Shown here: positions 1 through 7,972 of the stretch, piece by piece
How positions within the stretch are numbered: position 1 is the stretch's first letter
How the letters are laid out: each line of letters opens with the position of its first letter
From: Candidatus Dadabacteria bacterium
Lineage (GTDB): Bacteria > Desulfobacterota_D > UBA1144 > Nemesobacterales > CSP1-2
Assembly (NCBI GenBank): GCA_040289575.1
Contig: PSLL01000050.1
Span: forward strand, 1 to 11,687
Direction: 5' to 3'
Length of the DNA: 11,687 nucleotides
The notes under the pieces: generated by a model
What the model saw: the letters and a program-made list of their open reading frames with translations, nothing else
The model's database searches: none
What the model was told of the DNA's origin: nothing
Translations under genes and position numbers: made by a program

Positions 1-268
1 AGGTTGTTCAGAAGGGCAAGTGGGTAATCCTCGTTCAAAGAAAAGAGATCTGATTTGCCGAACAATTAACTTAAACTCATCAATTACTAGCCATTATATG
101 TTGCCAATCCTGTAAATTGCTTATAGATAAGGTTTATGGCAGCTATACCATAAAATTTCCGTAGCTACAGCGCTTGTCTCTTATTAAAATTTGCTTTATT
201 TACAGGAAGATAGGATAAATTCTGTGTTTAATTAGGCAGCGATTTATCCATTAAGAAGAAAAATTCTC

Positions 269-298
269 TTGACATGGATATGTGAAATGTGCTAAATG
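269..298 (+). promoter_or_regulatory. Candidate sigma70-type promoter for the AmiS/UreI gene
   Basis: Perfect TTGACA at 269-274, 18-bp spacer ending TG-c, then an imperfect -10 (TAAATG, 293-298). Confidence 0.45.
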
Positions 299-513
299 CT
301 ATTTCAGGGTAGGTTAAGACACATAATTTTGTGGGTTGGCAGTGGAAAATAGAGCGAGGGAGGATGTTTTTTGGATGAATGCGACAAATGGAGCATTCAG
401 TCACAATAGCCCAGTGACTCTTGGGCTATGATGTCTAGTTGTTCCGATTTGCCGCAACTGTGGTTAGGGAAAGGTCGGAGGGTATAAAAACCAATTAAAA
501 GGAGGTTGGAGAA

Positions 514-1059
514 ATGGGTGTAGCGGAATTGTTACTTGGTTATGTTTTGTTATTGGTCGGTACGGTGTTCTTTTGCAATGGAGCAACCCTGCTTGGGAAG
601 ACCGGAGCAAAAGAAGTGGGAGTTTTAAATCTCGCAGTGGGCGTGCTTATTGCGCTTGCGGCATGGAAGCTTCACACGCTAGGGCTGACCGCTGCTACAG
701 CTTTAGTGAGCATTTTTGCTCTGATTTACTTTATGGTGGCTGGTATCTTTTGTCTAGGTTATGATGCTAAGGGTCTCGGTTGGTATTGTCTGTTCGCTTT
801 CTTTGTATTTGTTTGGTATGCCTATCATTTCTTTGCATTAGCCGCGGCCGTGCCTGCTATAGCTGGCGTCAAATGGTTCGGGGTCTTTTGTTTAGCGTGG
901 GCATTGTTAGTTATTCTGGCTTTCTTTGCCCTTTCTTTGGGAAAGGCGTTAGCCCCAGCTATAGGGTATCTCTTTATCATTGAAGCCTTTCTAACACTTC
1001 TAATTCCTGGGATGTTGCTTCTCACAGGTAAGTGGCATCCCCTAGGTGGGACTGGTTAA
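514..1059 (+). CDS. AmiS/UreI family urea/short-chain amide channel
   Basis: 181 aa, about six hydrophobic helices. N-terminal LLLVGTVFFCNG..LLGK...KEVGVLNLAVG and internal GLGWYCLF match the AmiS/UreI pattern. The family C-terminal T..IPG.LLLTG.W is present. RBS AAGGAGG at 499-505. Confidence 0.88.
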   Translation: MGVAELLLGYVLLLVGTVFFCNGATLLGKTGAKEVGVLNLAVGVLIALAAWKLHTLGLTAATALVSIFALIYFMVAGIFCLGYDAKGLGWYCLFAFFVFVWYAYHFFALAAAVPAIAGVKWFGVFCLAWALLVILAFFALSLGKALAPAIGYLFIIEAFLTLLIPGMLLLTGKWHPLGGTG

Positions 1060-1112
1060 AGAGAAGAGAGAGGCTTATAGATTCACTGCATCGGTTCTCA
1101 TGTGATTAATGG

Positions 1113-1156
1113 GGGTCATAGCTACTTTAAGTGGCTGTGACCCTTTAGTTTTATTT
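1113..1156 (+). terminator. Intrinsic terminator after the AmiS/UreI gene, between convergent genes
   Basis: Stem GGGTCATAGCTAC (1113-1125) / GTGGCTGTGACCC (1131-1143) with two G-U pairs valid on the + strand, followed by a T-rich tract. Confidence 0.75.
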
Positions 1157-1387
1157 ATCACCTTTACACTGTCTGCCCTTTAAGAAGGGTCGCAGTGGGA
1201 GTTTGAGAAGGAAAAGCAGTATAGAGGGACGAATAAGAATAGAGGCAAATAGCCAGAGGTCGCTGGGACTAAGATATATTTTCGAATCCCATACACCCAT
1301 TTGACCCTTTAGAATAACAAAGTCGCCCTCTGTGTCTGCGTCTTTTACTGTTATTTCAAAATCACCGGCGGGACTAGAGACTTTCAA
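1151..1387 (-). CDS. Small hypothetical protein (~78 aa) with a hydrophobic C-terminal segment
   Basis: The ORF track gives 1151-1402. An in-frame TTG at 1387 preceded by an AGGAG RBS is a better start (MKVSSPAGDFEI...). It fills the gap co-directionally after the ALDH. Confidence 0.65.
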   Translation of the reverse strand: MKVSSPAGDFEITVKDADTEGDFVILKGQMGVWDSKIYLSPSDLWLFASILIRPSILLFLLKLPLRPFLKGRQCKGDK

Positions 1388-1535
1388 ATATATTCTCCTC
1401 AAACCTTATATACATATAAGGCTCTTACATGGTTAACTGCCATGATTATTGGGGCAGGGTGAGTGTGTCCTTCCTTAGTTAAAAAAAACGGCTATAAACG
1501 CCTAAATCGGGCTTAAAAGGGGATATTTATAATCT

Positions 1536-3026
1536 CTAACCTCCTACATAGCCCCTATACCATTTAGGAACCTTTTCACCCAGAAAAACATTCACCGTCT
1601 TAGTCTCAAGATAGTGATCAAGTCCTTCCCTTCCCAACTCTTTTCCGATGCCACTTTGCTTAAATCCACCATAAGGGGTTTCTGGTATAATTCCTCCATA
1701 TGTATTAACCCATATATATCCGGCTTTTATGCCCTTTGCCACTCGAAAAGCCCGTTTTATGTCCCTGGTCCATACGCCGCCTGCAAGACCATATATGGTA
1801 TCATTCGCTATCCTAATCGCCTCTTCTTCGGTTTTAAATGGCATTACGGCAACGATGGGGCCAAAGATTTCCTCACACGCAACGGTTGTGGAGGGTTTGA
1901 CATCGGCCAGTACGGTTGGAAGAAAAAAGTACCCTTTAGAAAACCCCTCAGGACGCCCGCCGCCGCAAAGCACGGTGGCTCCCTCTTCCAGCCCTTTTTT
2001 AAAGTACCTCTCAACGGTACCGAGCTGATCGCGTGAGACCAGTGCTCCTATCTCCGTTGCCTCATCCATGGGGTCTCCAATACTTATCTTTTTTACCCTC
2101 TCTATGAAACGAGGCAGGAATTTGTCATAAATCCTTTCATGAAGCATAAGGCGCGTAACTGCCGTGCAATTCTCGCCTTGATTGAAAAAACCACCTCTTA
2201 GGTTGGCCTCTATGCAATCATCAATATCAGCATCATCAAACACGATGTTCGGCGCCTTGCCGCCGAGTTCAAGTGAAACCCTTTTGATTTGCCCTGAGGC
2301 AGTACTCATTATGTGACGGCCGACTTCGGTAGAGCCTGTAAATGCGACTTTACTTATCGCAGGATGTTCTACTAATCTCTGTCCGGCTACGCTCCCTTTT
2401 CCGGATACTACATTGAATACACCCGGTGGAAGCCCTGCTTCGATACAAATTCGAGCTATCTCTAGGATGCCGCACGGGGTAATTTCAGCCGGTTTTAGGA
2501 CTATCGTGCATCCGGCGGCAAGTGCTGGGGCAATCTTCCATGCGGAGAGAAGTAGTGGAAAATTCCATGCAACTATGTGCCCAACAACCCCTATGGGTTC
2601 TCTCAGTGTGAGGCTAAGGAGATTATCAGAGATTGACATACTTTCGCCATTTAGCTTTGTAGCTGCTCCGGCATAGTACTCAAATGTTCTTATTACGCCC
2701 ATCATCTCTATCTGGAAGCTTTCACGGATGGGTTTACCTGTCTCAAGTGTATTAGTGATAGCTAATTCCTTTCTATGCCTCTCAAGAAGCTCCGTAATTT
2801 TATATATAAGCCTCCCTCTTTCAGATGCAGGGGTGTGAGACCACTTCTCAAATGCATTTTGTGCAGCCTCTACTGCACGGTCTATGTCTTCTTTTCCTCC
2901 TTGAGCTATCTCCGCAAGAGGCTCCTCGGAAGCTGGATTCTCTCTTATATATGTTTTACCGCTTAGCGAATCTACTTCTTTGCCATCTATAAACAGTTTA
3001 TATTTTCTTAAGGGCTTATCTTGCAT
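1536..3026 (-). CDS. NAD(P)-dependent aldehyde dehydrogenase
   Basis: 496 aa with WNFP, LKPAE, FTGSTEVG, the catalytic Glu in ELGGK, the catalytic Cys in NQGENCTA, EEIFGP and PYGGFKQSG.G.E motifs. Substrate cannot be assigned. Confidence 0.96.
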   Translation of the reverse strand: MQDKPLRKYKLFIDGKEVDSLSGKTYIRENPASEEPLAEIAQGGKEDIDRAVEAAQNAFEKWSHTPASERGRLIYKITELLERHRKELAITNTLETGKPIRESFQIEMMGVIRTFEYYAGAATKLNGESMSISDNLLSLTLREPIGVVGHIVAWNFPLLLSAWKIAPALAAGCTIVLKPAEITPCGILEIARICIEAGLPPGVFNVVSGKGSVAGQRLVEHPAISKVAFTGSTEVGRHIMSTASGQIKRVSLELGGKAPNIVFDDADIDDCIEANLRGGFFNQGENCTAVTRLMLHERIYDKFLPRFIERVKKISIGDPMDEATEIGALVSRDQLGTVERYFKKGLEEGATVLCGGGRPEGFSKGYFFLPTVLADVKPSTTVACEEIFGPIVAVMPFKTEEEAIRIANDTIYGLAGGVWTRDIKRAFRVAKGIKAGYIWVNTYGGIIPETPYGGFKQSGIGKELGREGLDHYLETKTVNVFLGEKVPKWYRGYVGG

Positions 3027-3064
3027 GATTTTTTACACAGGTAATAGGATATTTACTTATCACG

Positions 3065-3093
3065 AATTTACATGGGGTCGAGAAATAATGCAA
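3065..3093 (-). promoter_or_regulatory. Candidate promoter for the aldehyde dehydrogenase
   Basis: Minus strand TTGCAT (3093-3088), 17-bp spacer, TAAATT (3070-3065), located downstream of the terminator of the preceding operon. Confidence 0.55.
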
Positions 3094-3157
3094 GGACTTC
3101 TTTATCCCGACCTTTACCTGCGAAAGTTAAGTATAGAAAAAATAGCTCTTTAGCTCC

Positions 3158-3196
3158 AAAAAAAAAGGCTGCCCATTCCAGGCAGCCCTTTTTTTT
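3158..3196 (-). terminator. Intrinsic terminator of the tandem ADC-like operon, potentially bidirectional
   Basis: A9 - GGCTGCC - 7-nt loop - GGCAGCC - C - T8, about 15 nt after the stop at 3212. Confidence 0.88.
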
Positions 3197-3211
3197 CAGT
3201 TTAACAAACAA

Positions 3212-4186
3212 CTAACACTGGCTGTATATTGGGAGGAGGAAGCGATGGCGCATGTTGTACTTAAATGGTGTGGCGTAGAGAAGCATACCAAAATCTTTCT
3301 CCGGATCCCTTGTGATTGTCTTTGTCCATATGGTCTTTGCCGGAGGAATAATCAGATTGAATGTGAAACTGATAAGGCCAATTACCTCTACATTACCAAG
3401 CTGTCCGCCCATATAGTCATATGGTGTCCCAGACATGTACCATGAGCGGATATCAGCGCCTGTTGCAGTACGGATGCTTGCGGGATTTAGCTGGAAGCGG
3501 TGCCCTGTTCCAAATCCCGGTGGTAGCTCTGATGGAAGATATGTAACCTCGTGTATGCTCTTTATCACGTCTGGCTCTGTGGTAATACGGTAATTCATCC
3601 GACCCCAATCGGTCTTGCCATAGAATGTTGGCCTTGCTGAAAGTGGCTTGTCGGAATAGCGGCCGTTAGCTGTATGGAGAACATAACCCCGGCGTTCCAT
3701 CAGGTGGTTGAAGTAGTTGTTGTTTGTTCCATGCTCAAAGCCAGCTATGTAGGCGGCCTTCTTGGGGAATCCAAATGGCTCTTTTCCCGCCCAAATTGGG
3801 GAGTCATTTGAAAGATACATATATGGATAATATCCGGCTTTGTATGTATTGCCATCCGGTGAATGCACGGTGGCAGAGAAGGTTACTCCCATCTCCATAT
3901 ATGGTCCAAGCATTGTGTTTTTGTGTATAACATACCAGAATTCTATGACATCATCATGAACCTTTATAGGTTCAGGAGTGACTTTCTTCATGTTATTTAT
4001 GTCAGCACGGATAACATAGGCCATCCAGCGGCTCTCCGTGTAAGTCAAGGGAATGATATCGTAGTCGAACACGGGGTCCGCCACACCCTGGCTTATAATG
4101 TGAATTCTATCCCTATCCATTGGGAGGGGTGGTACTTCACCTTCTGCTAACCATGGATAACTATGCTCATTTCCTTGTATACCCAT
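3212..4186 (-). CDS. Acetoacetate decarboxylase-like (ADC superfamily) protein, paralog 2
   Basis: Motifs LGPYMEMG, YYPYMYLSND.PIWAGKEPFGFPKK, including the Schiff-base Lys position. Start moved from 4207 to the ATG at 4186, which follows a GGAGG RBS (324 aa). Confidence 0.82.
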   Translation of the reverse strand: MGIQGNEHSYPWLAEGEVPPLPMDRDRIHIISQGVADPVFDYDIIPLTYTESRWMAYVIRADINNMKKVTPEPIKVHDDVIEFWYVIHKNTMLGPYMEMGVTFSATVHSPDGNTYKAGYYPYMYLSNDSPIWAGKEPFGFPKKAAYIAGFEHGTNNNYFNHLMERRGYVLHTANGRYSDKPLSARPTFYGKTDWGRMNYRITTEPDVIKSIHEVTYLPSELPPGFGTGHRFQLNPASIRTATGADIRSWYMSGTPYDYMGGQLGNVEVIGLISFTFNLIIPPAKTIWTKTITRDPEKDFGMLLYATPFKYNMRHRFLLPIYSQC

Positions 4187-4238
4187 TTGTGTAAACCTCC
4201 TTATCAAATTTATTTATATCTTTCTGCTAATAAAAACC

Positions 4239-5210
4239 TTATGACCCCTGGCTAATCGGGAACTGCTGGCGGAGTCCATACTTATATGGTGTTGCATATC
4301 CTCTGTATGAAGCCGGACGCTCGTATGTCTCTCTCCAGAGTATCTTAGGAACCGGAATTACAAGGTCGAACACAAATGAAATAAGACCAGTAACCTCGGT
4401 GATCTTCAGCTCGGTGCCCATATTGTCAAATGGTGTGCCCTGCATAAACCAGTTAATGGCTGCACTCGAAGCTGTGCGGGTATGCTCCGGCTTAATTGCG
4501 AAGCGGTGTCCCTTGATACCAAACTGAGGCGGAAGCTCTGAAGGTATATATGTTAGCTGCCACTCAGAACTTGAGACATCGGGCCTAGTGACAACCTTCA
4601 TATTAAACTTACCCCAGTCGACTTTACCATAGAAGTATGGCGGGGTCACCGGCTTGTCATCAAATTTTCCGGTAGCGCTGTGCATTAGATACCCGTTACG
4701 GGACATTGCAAACCCGAAGAAATCCGTACCTTTTTCACCGCCGTGCACAGTGATTCTGATGTAAGACATCTTCTTGGGGAATCCAAGAACACGGCCAGCG
4801 TCCACTGGAGCATCGCCCGTGAGATACATATACGGATAATAACCGGCTTTCCAAACATTGCCCTTGGGATCTTTGTAAGTAGCCGAAATTGTTACCCCAA
4901 ATTCTAGGTATGGGCCTAGCATTGTGTTATCATGCTTGACGTACCAGAACTCAACTAGGTCTGCATTCTCTCCATCCCACACCTGAAGCGGTGGGTTGGG
5001 GCAGAGCCTCCTTCTAGCGTCTTCCGGAACCTTAACAACAAAAGCAGACCAACGGCTGTCTGTATAAGTAAGAGGGAGAACATCAATGTCCCATAGTGGA
5101 TCGGAAGGGTTGGCTATGATCCACGACTTTATGTCTCTCTCACATGGTGGTGGCGGGACCTCTTTTGTGAGTTCCCAATACTTCGTAGGGACGTTTATAT
5201 GAGTAGGCAT
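4239..5210 (-). CDS. Acetoacetate decarboxylase-like (ADC superfamily) protein, paralog 1
   Basis: 323 aa with LGPYLEFG and YYPYMYLTGDAPVDAGRVLGFPKK. Strong AAGGAGG RBS. Extensive block similarity to the downstream paralog. Confidence 0.82.
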   Translation of the reverse strand: MPTHINVPTKYWELTKEVPPPPCERDIKSWIIANPSDPLWDIDVLPLTYTDSRWSAFVVKVPEDARRRLCPNPPLQVWDGENADLVEFWYVKHDNTMLGPYLEFGVTISATYKDPKGNVWKAGYYPYMYLTGDAPVDAGRVLGFPKKMSYIRITVHGGEKGTDFFGFAMSRNGYLMHSATGKFDDKPVTPPYFYGKVDWGKFNMKVVTRPDVSSSEWQLTYIPSELPPQFGIKGHRFAIKPEHTRTASSAAINWFMQGTPFDNMGTELKITEVTGLISFVFDLVIPVPKILWRETYERPASYRGYATPYKYGLRQQFPISQGS

Positions 5211-5320
5211 CTCGAAAACCTCCTTTTAATGTATTTTAAAGATTGAATTTTGCCTAAACCTTGAGGAGAAACGGACTTAAGCCTTTTAAAACTTTGCGTT
5301 TCTGTACCCCATCTTTCTTT

Positions 5321-5350
5321 CTTATATCAAAAATGACATAGGGTTGTCAA
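5321..5350 (-). promoter_or_regulatory. Candidate promoter of the ADC-like operon with an overlapping palindrome
   Basis: TTGACA (5350-5345), 18-bp spacer ending TG-a, TATAAG (5326-5321). A TGACA-N6-TGTCA palindrome at 5334-5349 overlaps the -35. Confidence 0.55.
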
Positions 5351-5444
5351 GGGGTTTTTTTCAAGAAATAAAAATATTTAAGTGAAATGCTTAATCGCGG
5401 CTTGTAACCTCTAAAATAATCGCCGGACTTGCAAGAACTAGACC

Positions 5445-6215
5445 TTAATCAGAGATACGAGCTTTAAAAACCTGGAGGACTAAGGAAGCAAGTTCCCCTA
5501 TTTTATGCCGAATAAGCAGATCGGCATCCCCGTCGTAAGGAGTGGGGGTAAGATTAATGATGACCAGTTTTGCACCCGCTTTTAGAGCGATATCAGGCAG
5601 CACATTGGCTGGGGAGACCTGAAGCGAAGAGCCAAGAACTACGAATAAATCCGATTGCCGGGTCAGCTCGAGCGCACTTTCCCATGGAACCCGGGGAAGC
5701 ATCTCTCCAAAGAAGACCGCATTCGGTTTAATTATTCCTCCACATCCTCTGCAAAGCGGGGGATTTTCACCTGAAATTACCCTTTCCATAGCCTCATCCA
5801 TAAGGGAGATGGAACTACAACTCAGGCATACCCCTTGCCTTAGTGTGCCGTGAAGTTCATGAACCCTGCTTGAGCCGGCCTCTTGATGAAGCCCATCTAC
5901 ATTCTGAGTTATAACACCCTTGAGTAATCCCTTCGATTCAAACTCTGCCAGCATATAGTGAGCGGGGTTGGGTTTTGCAGACTTGCGTATTGGATACATC
6001 TCAAGGGCAAAAGAGTAGTAGCGCTTTGGATCTGTAAAAAAGCCTTCTAGGGAGACTACAGACATATCCATTTTCTCCCAAAGCCCCATGCCCGGAGAGC
6101 GATAGTCGGGGATGCCGGATTCAGTGCTAACACCTGCCCCTGTTAAGGCCACGGCATTTGATGAAGACAAAACAAGGTTGATAAACTCTTCAGACTTATC
6201 GTTTAGTTCATTCAT
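5445..6215 (-). CDS. cobB: NAD-dependent protein deacylase, Sir2/CobB family
   Basis: TGAGVSTESGIPDYR, ITQNVDGLH..AG, catalytic ELHG, Zn ligands CLSC/CRGC, KP..VFFGE, GSSLQVSPA and IIN motifs. Confidence 0.93.
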   Translation of the reverse strand: MNELNDKSEEFINLVLSSSNAVALTGAGVSTESGIPDYRSPGMGLWEKMDMSVVSLEGFFTDPKRYYSFALEMYPIRKSAKPNPAHYMLAEFESKGLLKGVITQNVDGLHQEAGSSRVHELHGTLRQGVCLSCSSISLMDEAMERVISGENPPLCRGCGGIIKPNAVFFGEMLPRVPWESALELTRQSDLFVVLGSSLQVSPANVLPDIALKAGAKLVIINLTPTPYDGDADLLIRHKIGELASLVLQVFKARISD

Positions 6216-6226
6216 TACCTAAAAAT

Positions 6227-6421
6227 TTAAGATGGAGTAGATGGCTCGTCCTGTATCAAAGACCGGATTTTATCTTTCATCTCTGGCGGAACCTTCTCAA
6301 CTTTGTGATCCCACATTATGTGCTGTATAGCCTTCATTAAAACTTCTCCTTCGTTATATCCGGTAAATTTCCTTTTGCAATCGTTTCCAAGGTCTTTGCA
6401 GGCTATGAATTTTTTCGCCAT
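6227..6421 (-). CDS. DUF1059-like small putative metal-binding protein (~64 aa)
   Basis: MAKKFIACKDLGNDC...TG.NE.EV......H...DH....V......KIRSLI matches the DUF1059 Cys/His pattern. The ATG at 6421 has an AAGGAG RBS. It ends 11 bp before the sirtuin. Confidence 0.8.
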   Translation of the reverse strand: MAKKFIACKDLGNDCKRKFTGYNEGEVLMKAIQHIMWDHKVEKVPPEMKDKIRSLIQDEPSTPS

Positions 6422-6475
6422 ATTTCTAATCTCCTTAATAGTGTGACTAGCCGATAGTTGCAAGTTAATTAGCTT

Positions 6476-6503
6476 ACAATAACTGTGTTTCTAAACTAGT
6501 CAA
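6476..6503 (-). promoter_or_regulatory. Candidate promoter for DUF1059-cobB
   Basis: TTGACT (6503-6498), 16-bp spacer, TATTGT (6481-6476). Confidence 0.4.
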
Positions 6504-6599
6504 GAACGAGGGTCAAATTCACAATGGCCTAGCGGAGAACGAATAAGTCCCCGGCTTTTGATAAAGAGGCATATATTATATATAGAAAGTGTTATTTAT

Positions 6600-6629
6600 G
6601 GGGGCAGACACGGGGAATCCACCCCCTAC
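6600..6629 (-). repeat. GTAG-type REP-like hairpin just downstream of the nitroreductase stop
   Basis: Minus strand reads GTAGGGGGTGGATTCCCCGTGTCTGCCCCC: a GTAG tetranucleotide followed by an imperfect GC-rich palindrome. Single copy in the window. Confidence 0.35.
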
Positions 6630-6637
6630 AACTAGGC

Positions 6638-7441
6638 CTAATCAATTCTCTCTGGAAGACCCATCATTCTAGAGATAGAATTAACTTCTTCTATCCGCTC
6701 TGGTGTCAATGTGGCTTGGGGTTGAATCATACGTAATTCCTTAAGCATTTCCACTACCTTCGGATCACTAGACAAAGGATTACCATACTTGTTTCTAAAG
6801 AAAATTTTCTCGAGGGGTTTGCGTCTTCTTTGTCCGCCAGTTAGAGGATCTTCTGCAGGGTATCCTATAGCCATTCCCCACATAAACCGGCAATGATCAG
6901 GGAGCCCAAAAATTTCTTGTATCTTTGGTCCTACTCCGGCAAATGAGCACACCCCCAATCCCAATGCAACCGCCGTCAACTGTGCCTGTGCCATTGCCAT
7001 ACCCGATTCACAAGCAAGCAAATAATCCACATACTCAACTGGAAAACCAGTGAGGCGAGGCTTAGCCGAATTTTGAATAAATTCTACACTCCAACCATGA
7101 GAGGGGTTAAGAGCACCATCTTTATAGAGATCAACTAAGTGATCCGCAATTTCCTTATACCAGCAATTCCTATCGATAAACCAAATAAGGATAACTGGAG
7201 CCATATCTATAATTGGCACGTTAAAAGTAGAAACCACTGGTTTAAGCTTCTCTTTTGTGTCTTTATCAGTAAACACTATGGCCTGCACGGCATTTGCATT
7301 TCCCATATGAGAGGCAATGCGAGCTGCTTGAAGAATTGCTTCAAGCTTCTCGGGCTCCACGGGTTTCCAGGGCTTAAAGTACCTTATAGAACGCCTACTC
7401 CCAAGGACATCAAAGAAATCTCTGCGTGCTATATCTAGCAT
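6638..7441 (-). CDS. Nitroreductase family (FMN-dependent) protein
   Basis: RRSIRYF..KPV..EKLE.IL.AAR.A FMN-binding start, AQAQLTAVALGLGVC and AIGYPA motifs. AAGGAGG RBS. Confidence 0.9.
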   Translation of the reverse strand: MLDIARRDFFDVLGSRRSIRYFKPWKPVEPEKLEAILQAARIASHMGNANAVQAIVFTDKDTKEKLKPVVSTFNVPIIDMAPVILIWFIDRNCWYKEIADHLVDLYKDGALNPSHGWSVEFIQNSAKPRLTGFPVEYVDYLLACESGMAMAQAQLTAVALGLGVCSFAGVGPKIQEIFGLPDHCRFMWGMAIGYPAEDPLTGGQRRRKPLEKIFFRNKYGNPLSSDPKVVEMLKELRMIQPQATLTPERIEEVNSISRMMGLPERID

Positions 7442-7533
7442 ATCTTATATCCTCCTTTCTAGATTTCTGTTTCATATAGAAGCTGTTTTCTCAAAGTCTT
7501 TACTATGTTTAGGTGTAAAAGTCAAGATGCTTC

Positions 7534-7953
7534 TTATTTAGACACCGGGCGGAATTTATACGATATAATGTCCTTACCATCACTATTTTTGCGAATAAGC
7601 CCGGTGGTAACTTCCATCTCCATATCAAGCTTAAGCCCTTCTGGATTGTTAGTCTCTATCTGAGCCATTACCCTAACACCCTCTGGGAAATTAACCAATC
7701 CAAGCGCATAGGGAACTATATAACCAGGAAGACTCCTTCTCACAACTGTAAATGAATGAAGGATACCCTTTCGACTAAGTGGAGCATCCTCTAGGTCATC
7801 TGAAAAGCAGAAAGGACAGGCATAGTACCTTGGAAATGTGTACTTACCACACGACCTACATCGCCCTGCAATAAGATGTGGATGGGGTGTCATAGAAAAT
7901 AAGTCAGGTCTGTAAATCTCTACTTGCTCGCTTGCCTTTTCTTTTTCGCTCAT
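7534..7953 (-). CDS. DUF35 Zn-ribbon/OB-fold protein (ChsH2/PhlB-like thiolase partner)
   Basis: CRSC-x10-CPFC zinc ribbon, G.LHSFTVV, PYALGLV.FPEG.RVMAQI OB-fold. Lies 19 bp after the thiolase. Confidence 0.92.
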   Translation of the reverse strand: MSEKEKASEQVEIYRPDLFSMTPHPHLIAGRCRSCGKYTFPRYYACPFCFSDDLEDAPLSRKGILHSFTVVRRSLPGYIVPYALGLVNFPEGVRVMAQIETNNPEGLKLDMEMEVTTGLIRKNSDGKDIISYKFRPVSK

Positions 7954-7972
7954 CTCTTAGTCATCCTCCCCA

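Noticed and set aside
1..65. Possible start of a minus-strand gene running off the left edge
   Set aside because: Only about 20 open codons with a TTG start and no RBS; it cannot be supported from this window.
573..1025. Alternative-frame ORFs 573-764, 780-983 and 825-1025
   Set aside because: They lie entirely inside the well-supported AmiS/UreI gene and have no motifs.
1614..4150. + strand ORFs overlapping the ALDH and ADC-like genes
   Set aside because: Antisense shadows of strong coding sequences.
5392..5433. Loose direct repeat TAATCGC(C)GG(A)CTTG(T/C)AA downstream of cobB
   Set aside because: Only two gapped copies and no interpretable context.
5445..6215. Sir2 domain as an anti-phage NADase (Thoeris/DSR type)
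   Set aside because: It has the zinc-binding module and catalytic motifs of housekeeping CobB-type deacylases and sits in a metabolic context.
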